This document shows, one piece after another, positions 19,330-31,965 of a DNA stretch of 64,000 nucleotides. The translations under genes were made by a program, and so were the position numbers. Source of the DNA: Guillardia theta CCMP2712 (Eukaryota > Protista > Cryptophyta); assembly GCF_000315625.1 (NCBI RefSeq), contig NW_005434639.1, forward strand, positions 532,134 to 596,133, written 5' to 3'. The notes below the pieces were generated by a model. The model was not told the origin of the DNA. It was given only the letters and a program-made list of their open reading frames with translations, and ran no database searches. How positions within the stretch are numbered: position 1 is the stretch's first letter; each line of letters starts with the position of its first letter.

Positions 19330-21936
19330 CTAGTCGACGAGCATGTGGAGAGACTTCCTGTCCGCCAGCTGGCAAGAAGCTGGTCACCTTCTGCTCCCAC
19401 GCCTCCCCTCCTCAATCTCCCTCCTCACCTTGGGGATGGTGTCGTCCCACTTGAAGGGCTCCATCTGCTCCATTCTTGTCAGCCGCTCCCATTCCTCCTC
19501 TCCCCTCCCATCAACTTGCCCCCCTGCCCCCCCCCCCTTGCCCTCCTCCCTCTCCCCTCCCAGTTTCGTCACCTTTTCCCTCGGCTTTCCCGATAGCCCG
19601 ACCCCACCAGCCTTGCCCCACTCTCCCAGCTCACTGGATTGTGCTCCATCGCCCTTCTTCATTTCCCCTCCTACCCAAGCACATCACTCTCTCCTCAGCT
19701 CCCTTGTGCCTCTTACCTGCATGCTCCGAGGCTGCTGCCTCCTCCTCCTCCTCCTTGGGCTTCTCGACATCCGCTGGGGCTTCTGGAGCACTTGTCAACA
19801 TCCATGCGCCAGCTTCTCTGCTTCTCAGCTCGCAGACCTGCGGGAGCTGCTGGGCGAGTTTGCCACCTCTCGTAGCCGAAGGATCCCTCGGCAGAGACGG
19901 TGGACTTGGCCCTGCCGGCATGGCGGGACAGAATATCGATGATCTGCTCGGCCGCGTCAACGGCTCCCGCAAGCGCCTCGCGGCGAGCTGGGCTGTCACC
20001 TGTGTGTCTCCCTTCTCATCGGCGAGCTGGACTGGCGTCAGCCCGTCCCTGTTCTTGACCGCCAGGCTTGCTCCCGCTGCGCACAGGACCCGGACGATGT
20101 TCTGCGTGCTCTCCGACACGGCCTTGTGCAGAGCCGACTCCTTGTCGCCGTTGAGCCTGCCACTTGTCAGGCCTCAAGAGTGAAGAAAGAGGTCATAGTT
20201 ACATGTTCACATCAGCTGCATTCTCGATGAGATGCTCTACTGTCTCACGGTGGCCTGCCTCCCAAGTTACAACCTTCTCCTCCCCTCCCCTCCGACTCTC
20301 GCCCCCTTCCCGTTTCCAATGCCACCGCCACTTACCTCCCATCACAGCCATCATCAGTGGCGTGTCTCCGACCATTGTCTGCGCGTTCACTGAGAGACCA
20401 TGCTGGAGCAGCCATTGCACGGCCTTGGACTGCAGGACAGTGTCAAAAGCTGGCGAAGGAGTAGGAGGAGAGAAGATAGAGTGACGGGGATAGACGCAAG
20501 GGGGAGTGAGATGGCCGGCAGGAGACGACTCTTCACCTGCCCCTTCGCTGCAGCTGCGTGAATCGCACTCATGCCTACACAAGCGTGCGCTTCGCTGAAT
20601 TCGAAGATGCTGGCAAAACAAAACTCAGATTGCAGGGGAGGAGTGGCGAGAGAGGACAAAAGACGAAAAGGAAGGGAAGGGAGGAGAGGGGAAGAAATTT
20701 CCAAGGTTGGAGGAGACTGGAAGGAAGAAGGGGAGGGGAATGGGTGGAGGGGAGGGAAGAAGGGGAAGGGGAAGGGGAAGGGGAAGGGGAAGGGGAAGAA
20801 GGGGTGGGGGGGAAAGGAGGAGGGGGGATCACCGGTGATTGCAGAAAGGACAGCTATAAGTGTGTGAAGTGTTGAAGTCATGGGAGGAGGACTTGTCGCA
20901 TGATTCACACTGAACGACAATCTTGGACTCGAGCTTCGGCACCTTCACCGGCGTGTCAACATGGCATGCTTGCACATCACCTCCACAGACATGCTGACAT
21001 CTAATCTATATCGAAACACGTTCTATGGTCATCCGAGCACTAGGCTGTGCCTGTTTGTTTGTGATTGACAACATCGACATCGACATCAACCGTGACAACA
21101 TCAATCTTGTAGAAACTTAACCCCTGTCCTCGTAACAATCGGTCAAACTCACTGTGTACTTGATGTCCGCCCCTCGTTCTCGCAGCAGCTGCATCAGCTT
21201 GGTGTGTCCCTTGGACGCCTGAAGAACGATCATTCAGCGCAGCCTTCGCCCCCAGCAGACGCCTGCTGACCGCATGCATGAAGGGCGTGAAGACGAGCGT
21301 AGAGAAGTTTGGGTCAGCTCCGGCATCCAGCAAGCTCTGCTGGACGTCAACTGGTAGCTGAGGGAGCCACCACGTCCCTTCTCACCTCGACGGCCACGTA
21401 GCCATTGGCGGATATCGCTGTCATCAGCTCCTCCGCTTGCGTGCAGATCTCATGGCAGGACACGCAGACTCGGACGGGCTCTTGGTATCCATACTTGAGG
21501 AGAGGCACGCGGTACTTCTTCTTCCCACAGGAGCCGCAGATCACGCGTCCGCAATGCCGACTGGAAAGAAAATACGTGAGGAGGCGGAGAAGGTCAAGGG
21601 CTCAGAGAAGGACCAGTGGTGTCGCCTCTGCAGCATGTTGAAGCTCTTGCTGCATGTCGAGCAAACCTGCATGGGAAGGTGCTATAAGCACTATGCGCAT
21701 AGCGTGGGGTTTATGCTCCATCCTCCTACCTTGGTACTCTTATCAGGCTGCCACTCGGGCCTCCAGTTCACGTTTGCTGTCGTGCCATTTGGGCCCCTGC
21801 ATATGGCAGCCGGCTTACATGCGAACATGCTGATACGAGAGCAGGAAGTCAGAGTCTCGTCATACACAACACTATAACTTCTCGATATTTCCTCCTTCGT
21901 AATATTGAAACGCCTCATCAGGCGTTCATGGCTCAT
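19330..21936 (-). CDS. FYVE zinc finger + ankyrin repeat protein
   Basis: Spliced FYVE domain: WQPD...VCSTCSKSFNMLQRRHHC|RHCGRVICGSC...PVRVCVSC. Ankyrin repeats include LLDAGADPN, AIHAAAAKG, GDTPLMMAV and DGLTPVQLA. Confidence 0.85.
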
Positions 21937-22580
21937 TTTGTTCGATGCCGCCCGTCCTCGTTATTTCCTTGCACCCTTTTCTTCCCCCCCTCCTTCCTCT
22001 CTCCTCCATCATCATCATCGTCTCTTCTCCTCTTCTTCTCTCCTCCTTCACTCCTCCCTTGCTTTCCTCCTTTCCCTCCATTCTTGAACAGCATAACGCC
22101 AGCGCAGCCGGGCCCCTTCTACCACCGGTGTCGTTCCTACGATATCACAAGGGGTGGGGTATCAAACCACCCCTTGTCGATGTGGGGGTGGAAATAATCT
22201 ATTCAGAGGGGGTGGAGTCAACCACTGCCTTTTCTGCTCCATCGCATATTTTCCTATTACATCATTTCTGCCCCCGGAATGATAAGGAGAGATTGGGCGC
22301 GATGGCGTGAAGGTGAAGAAGAGCTTGGAAGGAGGCGAGGAGACGAAGGAGAAGAAGACCGGGAAGAGAGCGGGAGATGGCGAAAACACCGAGATGCATG
22401 GCGTGAGAAGCAGTGCCATGAGATGAGAGGAGGAGGAGGAGAGGGGGGACATACTGTCTGGAAGCTAGCAAGACTTCGAAGCTATGTCGTGCAAGGTGGG
22501 CTGAGGCAGAGTTGAGTTGGATGCTCCTGCTCCTCCTGGGATTCGGATCGCAGTAGCCCATCTTTGAGCAAGGAGACATC

Positions 22581-25371
22581 TTGGCTACCATGTACGAGAC
22601 TACGTGCTTCCTGCTTCTCTTGTTCCTCTCCTCTTTCAGGAGGGCGCTCAGCACCAGCGCAGCGGACTTTGTCCTAAACTTCGGGAAGTACAGCGGGAAG
22701 AGCTTGAAGGAAGTCCCTCAAAACTACATCCAGTGGATGATCAAAGAGAAGGTCTACCTTGGCAAGCCTGAGCTCATGAAGGCTCTGACCGACATGAAAC
22801 GATTGGACCCCGCCCCGTCCCAGGTGCCTGCCATGGCTCGCAACGAAGGGAATTACAAATTCCCTTCCTCCCAGCAGCCCCGGCACCCCACTGCAGACAG
22901 GCGGGACCAGCAGGAGAGGCCATCGTCTGTGAGGCTGGCACCTGGGACGATAGATTTCTACATGCAGAAAAACAACACGAACGTAGAAGGGATATACCAG
23001 AGAAACGGGACTGAATCGCCTCCTCCCTCCTTGACGAGTACGAGGCTCTACTTCTCCCTCGAGCTCGTCAGCCCCCATCAGTTCTCCCTCCGCTGCAGCG
23101 GGGTAGGGGCAGAAGGGCTGAGGATAGCTCTCCCGAAGCTCGCCACCCTCCTTCGGTCCTTCCCCCGCGCCTTCTTCAACATGACTTCGAGGAGCTGGTA
23201 CGTGCATGTTGAGGACTACGATGCTGTCGTGAAGTTCCTGTGTGAGCTGGGATACAAACCCGGCAAGGAGCATGACGTGGACACGCTTCCTCGCTTCCTC
23301 CTATCGTACCTCCGCTCCAGGCCCCAGCTGCTCGCCGACGCTGACGTGGAGGAGGCATACTCCGCCCTTCCGAGCTTGCTCAAGTCCTCTCTGCTCCCCT
23401 TCCAGCGCGACGGAGTGAGGTTCGCTCTCAAGAGGAAGGGAAGAGTGCTGATCGGAGACGAGATGGGTCTGGGGAAGACCCTCCAGGCTCTCGCGGTAGC
23501 AGCAGCATACAAGAGGGAGTGGCCCTTGCTGATTATTTGCCCGTCCTCTCTCCGCCTCAATTGGGCGCAGGAGTGCAGCAGGTGGCTGGAGGGGATGAAG
23601 GAAGAGCCGCTGGAGGTGCAGGTGGTGATGAAAGGATCGGATGCGATCAAGGGAGTCGACGTGACCATCGTGTCCTACGACCTTGCCACCAGGATGTCAG
23701 ACGCCATCAAGGCGTCGTCGTTCAAAGTCGTGATAGCCGACGAATCGCACTACATCAAGACGGACAAGGCGCTTCGCACTAGAGCATGCATGCCCCTCCT
23801 TCGCCAGGCCAGCCGAGCCATCCTCCTCAGCGGAACCCCAGCTCTCTCTCGCCCTGTCGAGCTGCTCAGCCAACTGCAGTGCCTCCAGCCGAAGATTTTC
23901 TCCTCCAAGAGAGAGTTTCAGCGGCGCTACTGCAACGCGAAGCAGGGGCGGTGGGGGCTCGACACGTCTGGCGCCAGCTGCCTGCAGGAGCTGAGCATCC
24001 TCCTGTCCAGCTCGGTGATGATCCGAAGGCTGAAGCGAGAGGTGCTGGTGGAGCTGCCAGCGAAGAGAAGGCAAAAGGTGTTCATCAACGTTGCCAACAA
24101 GGACTTGAAGAAGATTCAATCCATCATGAACAGAATTGACTCCGTCGACATGCGCCCTTCCTCTTCTCCTCCAGCTGGCCATGCTGGGGACGAGAAGGAG
24201 CAGGTTGGTGAAAACGGAGGGGAGAGGAAGCGTCGGCGAGGGTCCATGCTGGACTCGCTGATCACAGAAGCCTACCTTGAGACTGGCCTTGCGAAGTTAC
24301 CGGAAGTTTGCTCTTACCTCGCCGACCTCATAGAGGGTGGCTGTAAGTTCCTGGTGTTCGCCCACCACCTCCAGGTGCTGGACGGCATCGAGCGCTTCCT
24401 CCTGCGCTCCTCCGTCAAGTACATCCGCATCGACGGGTCGGTGCCTCCAGCAGCGCGAGCTGAGCGCGTCAAGATGTTCCAGGAGGAGGAGGAAGTGCGA
24501 GTCGGCGTGCTGGGCATGACGGCAGCTGGGACTGGCCTGACCCTGACGTCGGCTGCTACCGTTGTCTTCGCGGAGCTCTACTGGACACCAGGGGTGATGA
24601 TGCAGGCGGAGGACCGGGTCCACCGCATCAGCCAGCAGCTGCCTGTCAACATCCACTACCTGCTGGCGCGGGGAACAGCCGACGAGCTGGTCTGGTCATC
24701 CATCGTCAGCAAGGTGAAAATCGTCAGTTGGGCTCTAGACGGGAGCCAGCAGGCGGTCGGCGGGTGGTTGCCCGAGAGGGGGACGCCTGGGGGGTCAGAG
24801 AGGGTCAAGTTGGGGGAGAGTGGGGGCAAAGGCGATCAGTTGGATCTCGTCTCGTTCTTCTCGCAGCAGGTTTGCGGCATCTCTCTGCTCTGCTCGTTGC
24901 TGACTCTGAGCTGGGGTCGCAGTCGTCGCAGGTTGAGAGGGCGTGGACTGCAACTTACAACCCATCTAGGATGCGGCAGGGGAGCTCGAGCCCGGGGGGC
25001 TCGGGGCAGGGAGGGGGGGTGGATGGAGGTGGAGCAGCAGCTGGAGGACAAGCACGATCGGCGGGGGAGAGTGGGGAGGAGGGAGAAGTGGGGGAAAGTC
25101 AAGCAGTGGGAGGAGAAGGAGGAGGAGGGAACGGGGGCTCGATGAGCGCAAAGGAGGCTCTGGAGAACTTCTATGGAGATCAAGAAGTCGAACACCCGGC
25201 AGACTTCCTCTGTCCCATCTCTATGGAGGTGAAAGAGCAGACAGTGAGAGGAGGGGGGGGGAGAGATGGAAGAGCAGGAGAGCAGTGAGTGAGTGGTGGA
25301 GGAGGCGATGAAATCGTGGAGGTGGGAAAGGGAGGAAGGAGGACGGGAAGGGATGGAAGGGGGAGGACGGG

Positions 25372-25407
<36 letters not shown>

Positions 25408-25838
25408 ACGAGGATGTGTGAGGAGAGCTTGACGAGGGATGGAGCAGGTGATGAAGGACCCAGTGATCGCGATGGACGGGCACTCCTACGAGCGACAGAA
25501 CATCGAGCGATGGCTAGAGGACCATAACACGTCCCCTCTGACCAACCAGGTCTGACAGTTTGAGGAGGAGGACGTGGAGAAGTTGAGGGCAACAGCAAGA
25601 GAGGGAGGTGGGGAGTGGGGAGGAGGAGGAAGAGGAGCAGGAGGGGGGAGGAGGAGGAAGAGAAGCAGGAGGGGGGAGGGAGGGGGAGGAACTGACTTGA
25701 CACAGAAATTGTCGAACAAGATGGTTGTGCCCAACCACAGGCTCAAGGTGTTTGTTGTTGATGTTTCGAGACTTTGGTGAGAGGTGACTGCAGGCAATCA
25801 TCTCAAACTATCTCGAGAAGGCCAGGCAGCCGGTGTAG
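22581..25838 (+). CDS. SMARCAL1: SMARCAL1/ZRANB3-family SNF2 annealing helicase, apparently with a spliced C-terminal U-box
   Basis: LLPFQRDGVRF, IGDEMGLGKT, WPLLIICPSSLRLNW, ADESH, LLSGTPALSRPVEL, IRRLKREVLVELPAKRRQ, KFLVFAHH, FAELYWTPG and QAEDRVHRI. U-box exons: FLCPISME|VMKDPVIAMDGHSYERQNIERWL...SPLTNQ|KLSNKMVVPNHRLK|AIISNY. The symbol is family-level (could be ZRANB3-like) and the true start is uncertain. Confidence 0.88.
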
Positions 25839-26079
25839 ATTAGTCGCAGTGATTAGAATAACTTGTTATGACCAAGTCAAACGGGCCAGGTGTGAGAAGA
25901 TGTGTAATGTGTCAACGAAAAGGTTGAGATAAGAAACAATCTCCTCCTCCTCCTCCTCCTCCTCCTCCTCCTCCTCCTCCTCCTCCTCCTCCTCCTCCTC
26001 CTCCTCCTCCTCCTCCTCCTCCTCCTCAATTTGGTTCGCTCCAGATGTCTTCATGACCATTCTCCTCCATCTCCCTCTC

Positions 26080-28312
26080 TCAATCACTTGACCATCCTTT
26101 GCTGAGCTCGTCCTTTCTGTCTTGTTTGTCTTCATGCTCGATCTTCTCATCGCTCTGCAAGCTGTAATGACGAAAACTGTCAGATGCAAACCTTGCTGAG
26201 AGGCAGGGCAGAAGAAGGGGAGAGGAAGGGAGCGAGGGAAGCGGGGAAGAGGGATAGGACGGGACGGGAGGAGAGGGAGGAGTAGAGCAACCTCTTGTTT
26301 TTCCTCATCTCTTCCTCGAACGACTCCCAAGAGTCAGTCTCCACATCTGACGAGATGTCTGCGTGCGTGAAGTGACTCAGTCAGTCAAGCATTCACTTCT
26401 CCTCACCTGCTTGTTGGACTTTCTTGGCCTTCTTCTTCATGAATGGCCTTGAGGTTCAAAGTCAGCTGTTACCCCCGTAACGAACAAGTCTACTCTTCGA
26501 CGTCGTTGTCTTCCATGATCTCTGCTCCCGCTGTGCTCGAACGATCAGACGCAGTCGGGGGGTGGGAGGAGAATGAGGAGGAGGAGGAGGAGGAGGAGGA
26601 GGAGGAGGAGGAGGAGATGCAGAAGGAGGACGAGAAGAAAGAGGCATAGAAAACATACCGAACATGGGATGTTCGTATCGAATGGCGTAGATCTGTTTGA
26701 TGAGCTCATCCGTGTCTACCACAGCACAGGTCAACTTCAACTCGCTACCTCCTCCTTGTCATCGTCTTACCCGTCTCGTTCGAGTTTCTGTCATCACTGT
26801 CTCTGCACGGGTCTCGCTTGTACCTGATGAGCAACTTTACCACGTCACGGTGGACTCGCATGCTTCTCTTGCCCGTCAGGCCATAGCGGGTCGGGGATCC
26901 ATTCTGAGTTCTTGATCGCCTACATTCATCCATCAACTCGCAAGCGCCGACGGCTCGCGACAGACATTCTCCCTGTCATGTTTGGGACATTCACACCCGA
27001 ACTCTGCAAGAGTAACGAGTCAGCTGGTCGACTTTGATCTGGATCAACCACCTAGGAGCAGCTTCGTTGTGTTCTCTCGTTTGAGGTCGATGGAATGGTC
27101 AAGGGCCGTGTAACCCTCGACGTCCAACGCGTTCCTGTCTGCTCCAGCCTTGCGTACCGTTAGCATCTGTACATGAGAACAACTCCCCCTACCTCGATCA
27201 AGAACTTGCATGTCTCCGTTCTCCCGTAGATCGCAGCAGAATGGAGCGGGGTCATTCTATTTCCATCCTGACGGTGCCGCTGCGTCAGCATCATCAGCTT
27301 CAACGCCTGCACTTCACCTTAGCCTGGATGTCTCCCCCGTGATCGAGCAGGACTTGGAGGGTCTTGACGTTCCCCTGTGCGATTAAAATGAGCAGAAAAC
27401 CTCTCTCCTCCTCGACCCGTTCTCACTCTCTGCGCCGCAAGATGCATGGCCGTCTGATTCCACCTGATCATCCTCTTGTTAGTCCCCAGACTCTACCACG
27501 TCACAGGTTCTACTGCTCTGGGTCCGGTGCGTTCACCGCGATGTTGGATTGGCTCAAGACCTCCAAGAGCCAAGGGACAGCTCCTGCGCGCTAGTCAGCT
27601 GCTGCCTTCCTCCTTCCTGATCGTTGCACCACCCACCTATCCTGATCGCGTGCTGGTATTTGCTCCACGCATCCGGCAGGCTGAGGGAGGCAGGGATCAA
27701 GGGCGAGCGAGGAGCAGGATTTCTTCTCTCACCTGTCAAAGGTTGATCTCTCTCTCATCTCCTTCCACCACGTCTTGCTCCTGCCAGCAAATCAGATCAT
27801 CGGGCTGCCGGGAGCAAGCGACTGGCTCACGAGATTCGAAGGTTCCAATCCTGGTCTGGATCCCACCCGCTTGGGACCTCTTCTGGCAAGTGGAGGAGGA
27901 AGAGGAAGTCAGACTGATCGGGAGGAGCAACGTTGAGCTGATCTATCTCCTCTGAGTCTGATAGTCCACCAGCAGGAGGCGGCCCCGCAAGTTCAACAGG
28001 CTCCAACCCCTCCTCCCCCTCATCATCATCATCCGCAAGCAAATGCTTCGTCTTCGAGTTGCGCCCAGAGGCATCCTTTCCTCTCCTCCCTCCTCGCAGC
28101 TGCATGACGTGTGAAAGCCTAGGAGGGACCCCAGGCTCCGAGGAGCTCCTGAACCGCATCTCGCAGCTCGTTGCTGTTGACAGAGCATGGCGGTTGGAGC
28201 GCCATGGCATGGACTGTGGGTGTTCGTTTGCATCCGTTTGCAGGCACAGCGCGACGACGAGGAAAAGAGAGAATTTCATGAAGGAGCTCTGCATTTCTGT
28301 CCTTCTTTTCAT
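26080..28312 (-). CDS. Signal-peptide-bearing ankyrin repeat protein (multi-exon)
   Basis: N-terminal MKFSLFLVVALCLQTDA followed by QLRGG. Exons read by eye give WNQTAMHLAAQR|GNVKTLQVLLDHGGDIQAK|DGNRMTPLHSAAIYGRTETCKFLIE. 3' end approximate. Confidence 0.7.
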
Positions 28313-28739
28313 GGTGGAAGGCTTGAAGCCATCGCGGGAGCGGAAACGGTTCTGCCAACAAGTTGTCAGGACGACAAGACTGAAAATCTTGCTCCCATCG
28401 CAAGAGCACGAGGGCTGACATGAGGGCGATGTTTGTCTTTCGTTTTCATTTTGTTGAGGTGTTCATCACAACATGATGGATACAAAGTCTCTCCCTGAAC
28501 TCTCGCTTCCGATCGTTGGAAACCAGCCGCTGTCCTGATGCGGCGTCCCCTCCCCCGTCTAGTCGCTCTCGGCCCCGTCGAGCCATCCTTACCCTCCGTC
28601 CCGCCCCCTCTATCCTTTCCCTCTCCTGAACTTCTCCACCATCAAGGCTATGGCGCTGCTTTCACTGCCCTCCTACCTTGCTTCCCTCCTCTTCCCCTCC
28701 CCTCCCAGCACCATGCTCCTTTTCATGCTCCTCCCATCA

Positions 28740-29300
28740 GGCTCCGGCGACCCGGTGGAGCCCGATCCCGGCCCCGGCCGGGCCGCGATCGGAGCCTGGA
28801 GAACCCGGCCGGGCCGGGCCGAGTTTCAGACGGTCAGCGGCCGGTCCATGATGATTCTGACACGGCAACTGATGTCAGACTCGGTGGTGAGGCGTTGAGG
28901 AACTCGGGGCCCGGCCCGGCGAACCGGGCCGCCCGGCGCCGGTCACCGGGTCACCGCGCGGCACCGTGGGGTCACACGGTTGGCACAGGCTCCCAGGCTC
29001 CGAGTGGTCCGGTGACCGGGTCACGGGTGGCTCAGCGGCAGTCTGAGTGAGTGCGGAGTCCCGGATCCGAGGGGGGTGACCGTACCACCCGGCCGTGGCA
29101 CGGCCCTCCAGTCCCACCGGGATCCGACTTAATTGCCGTCCGAGTCGGGAGTTGAAATCAGTGATCGCGACAGTTCAATGATACCGGGTCCGAGTCACTG
29201 AATAACGTTTACTATCTGATCGGGAACAAGCCGGCTTGAAGGCTGTGACTCGCCCTCGGAAATTATCTAGACCTGGGCCGACGGGGACTCGGAAGACTTT
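28740..29300. other. GC/CpG palindrome-rich island
   Basis: Dense in CCGG, GGCC and GAGTC; non-coding; directly followed by the 31-bp motif. Confidence 0.7.
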
Positions 29301-29307
29301 CAGCCTC

Positions 29308-29338
29308 TCTTTACTCAAAGTTAAGTTAAAAATCAGTA
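29308..29338 (+). repeat. Dispersed 31-bp motif, copy 2
   Basis: 31/31 identical to 16459..16489. Confidence 0.9.
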
Positions 29339-29904
29339 TCGGAGCTTTTAGAGCTTTTTTTTCGGAGCGGCTCGAGAGCTGCCGTCACCGCAAACTTGTT
29401 TATGTGAAGGAGTACCCCGGAAGCTGATGAGGGGTATTCCTGGGGGAAGAGGGGGGTGGGGGGTGGCTTCGGAGTATTTAATTTCTCGCTGCAAAAATAG
29501 AAGGGAGGGAGGGGAGGGAAAAATGAGGGGACGGGGAGGGGGAGGGGGAGGGAAAGATGGTTGTGATGATGTTTCGAGGGCAACAGGAGAGATCGATGTT
29601 CGAGAGATGAGAGGAGAAATCAGGAAGAAAGGGGAGGAACAATGGGTTTGACCTGGTCTGTCATTTCCTCCGCTTGCTTGTAAATGTCTGAATCATTCAG
29701 CGAGCGTGAGAGTGAGTGAGTTAGAGAGAAATGTGAATGACAAGGAAAAGATGGGAAGCAACGGCGTCACGTAGATTGTAGATGTTAGCTCCCGAAATCA
29801 GAAGGTCAGAGCGAAAGATTGAAATAAAAAGATACCAGTGGAACGAAACTGCAAAGTCCTAGCTGATCCATGATTTCTCAGTCAAGTTCAGCCCGAACTT
29901 CCTT

Positions 29905-31340
29905 ATGAAGGCTGGCTGGCTTCCAAAGGTGGTGAAGAGCTCGACTAAGGCGTTAGTCGATCAAGGTACCTTCGAGGACAAGGAGGCTGATGAACAGCTG
30001 TCCAAAGCGGCCGGGAGGAGGAGGACAGTTCAGGTTTCTTGCATCTCGTGCAGGCTGAGCAAGGTGAAATGCGAAGGCAACCTCCCTTGCAGGTAGAAGA
30101 GGAGCTTCAGAGCTGAAGGAGAATGAGCTGAGTACACCTGTTGCACAGGAGGTGCATCTATCGAGGGATTGCAGACTCCTGCTATCATGCTCGTGGAAGG
30201 GTCCGCGAACGAGACCCAGAACTGGAACAGGCTGAAAGGTGGGCGAACGAAGATCCTGAAACCATCGAGAGGCCAATCAGGTATGCTCGAGACCCTTTTG
30301 TTTATCGTCCGAGGCTCGACGCCGATTCCATCGAGGCTCCCACGCTCTTGCGCAGTCTTTGCTTCGACTTTGTGAGTAGCATGTGGAATGTGGTGGCGGG
30401 TCGCTCAAGTGTTTGATCAGGGAGTGAGTGAGAAGAAAGCAGAAGACATCTTCAAAGTTATGCCTCCTCGCCTCAAGAACATCATCTGGACTGGGTTTAC
30501 CGCATTGGAACAGCTCAAACAGCTGGAAGCTATGAAGCTGGCGCAGGTCAACCCTCCCCCCGTCCTCCCACCTGGACCCAGCCAGCTGATCGGCCTCAAA
30601 AGCTGGCATCACTCAGCACGATGCGGTTACCGTACCATCGCAGTGGATCCTGTGACGGAGCGATGGATGACGTGCGATGTCAACCAGTGGTTGGCTGACC
30701 TCGCCGGGGTCCATCGAGAAGAGCTGTGCAATCGCATCGCGAACCAAGACATGGTAATGCCCTCCTCCGAGCTACGACAGCTCTGTGCTCACCTTACAGC
30801 GATCTTCGACCAAATGGACGTCAAGTCCAAGCACGGGTTTCAGGACGGCACCAAGACGTACTGGTACTGCCGTTGGGGCAAGAACTTCTTGAGAGAGCCA
30901 GAGGGGGAGGGCGTGATAGTTCGCTCCTGCTTCACTGTCAACGTCAACGAGCTGGGAAAATTTAGTGGGGGGACACACACGATGGTGGTCGTCACTGAGG
31001 ACGAGTACGACCGGGTCGCAGAGAAGAGCCCCGACGAGTGTGAAGCCCTGGCTGCTGCTGTCGTGGGACGAAAGTCTGCCAGAGAGGTAGAGCAGACTGA
31101 CCCAGCTCCTGCCGCCCAGCTGACTCCCTGCCGCAGCTCATTTCCAAAGACCTGATGCGAGACGAGAAGATCGAGGTCATGGCAGAGACTGAGTTCGGCT
31201 GCAGGCAGCTGGACAGACTGGCAGAAATCCTTGAGAAGAAGTTTGCGCCTGTTATCGCCATCGCGAACCAGATATTGCCGTTGCCCCCGAGCGCCGCCTG
31301 TACTGCATTTTCAAGTTGGGGCAGTGACGACGGTGTCTAG
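29905..31340 (+). CDS. Zn(II)2Cys6 binuclear-cluster transcription factor
   Basis: RRRTVQVSCISCRLSKVKCEGNLPC|RRCIYRGIADSC gives the six-Cys Gal4-type spacing across an intron. Downstream ORFs 30388..31155 and 31155..31340 continue the gene. Confidence 0.85.
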
Positions 31341-31965
31341 CCGCTCAGTGCCGCCGCATCGCCGGGCCCGACGATCGGTCGCGGGGGCGCCGTGACGCCG
31401 CCGGGTCACGGACCGTACTGTGATTTAGTAGCCGCTGAGCCGCTCAGTGAAACCTGACTCTGTGAGCATGGATAACTCTAGCATGACAACACACTGTGTT
31501 GTCATGCTAGAGTCACATCTTGATGATCACACAAGCTGCTGCTGCTGCTGCTGCTGCCGCCGCAGTGCTGCTGCTGCTGCTGCTGCTGCTCTGGCTGCCA
31601 ACGGTGCGGCGCCCTGAGTCAGCTTGGCACGGTGAGAGCAGTGGCGCAGCCAGTCGCCCGGTACAGTACTGCCGACGGTGTGCGCCGGCGTCCCCCACGG
31701 TGACCGCCCCGCCGCGCTACGGTACTACTCCGACCGTGACGGCGGCCCGGCCTGCGGCGGCCCGTTCATGGCGTCACTGCTGCTCCGGCTGATCGGTTTA
31801 GTTGAACGTGACGCCAGGTTGTACGGTAGTACGCGGCAGCAATGCTGAGAGGCAGAGTCATCGGGAGTCAAGTCACCGGCTTACGTGCCACCCGGGCCGG
31901 GCCGCCGGGCCCGGCCGCAGCGGGCGGCCCTGCTGACAGGCTGGCCGCTGAGGGGGGTCAGTCCG
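31340..31965. other. GC/CpG palindrome-rich island containing a perfect 39-bp palindrome (31475..31513) and (GCT)n
   Basis: ACTCTAGCATGACAACACA-C-TGTGTTGTCATGCTAGAGT; same short-word vocabulary as the other islands. Confidence 0.75.

Noticed and set aside
8428-26616. (CCT)n/(GGA)n/(GGGA)n tracts at ~8428, 9962, 17971, 25941 and 26576 giving poly-Ser/Gly/Glu/Arg ORFs
   Set aside because: Ordinary intronic or intergenic microsatellites typical of this genome.
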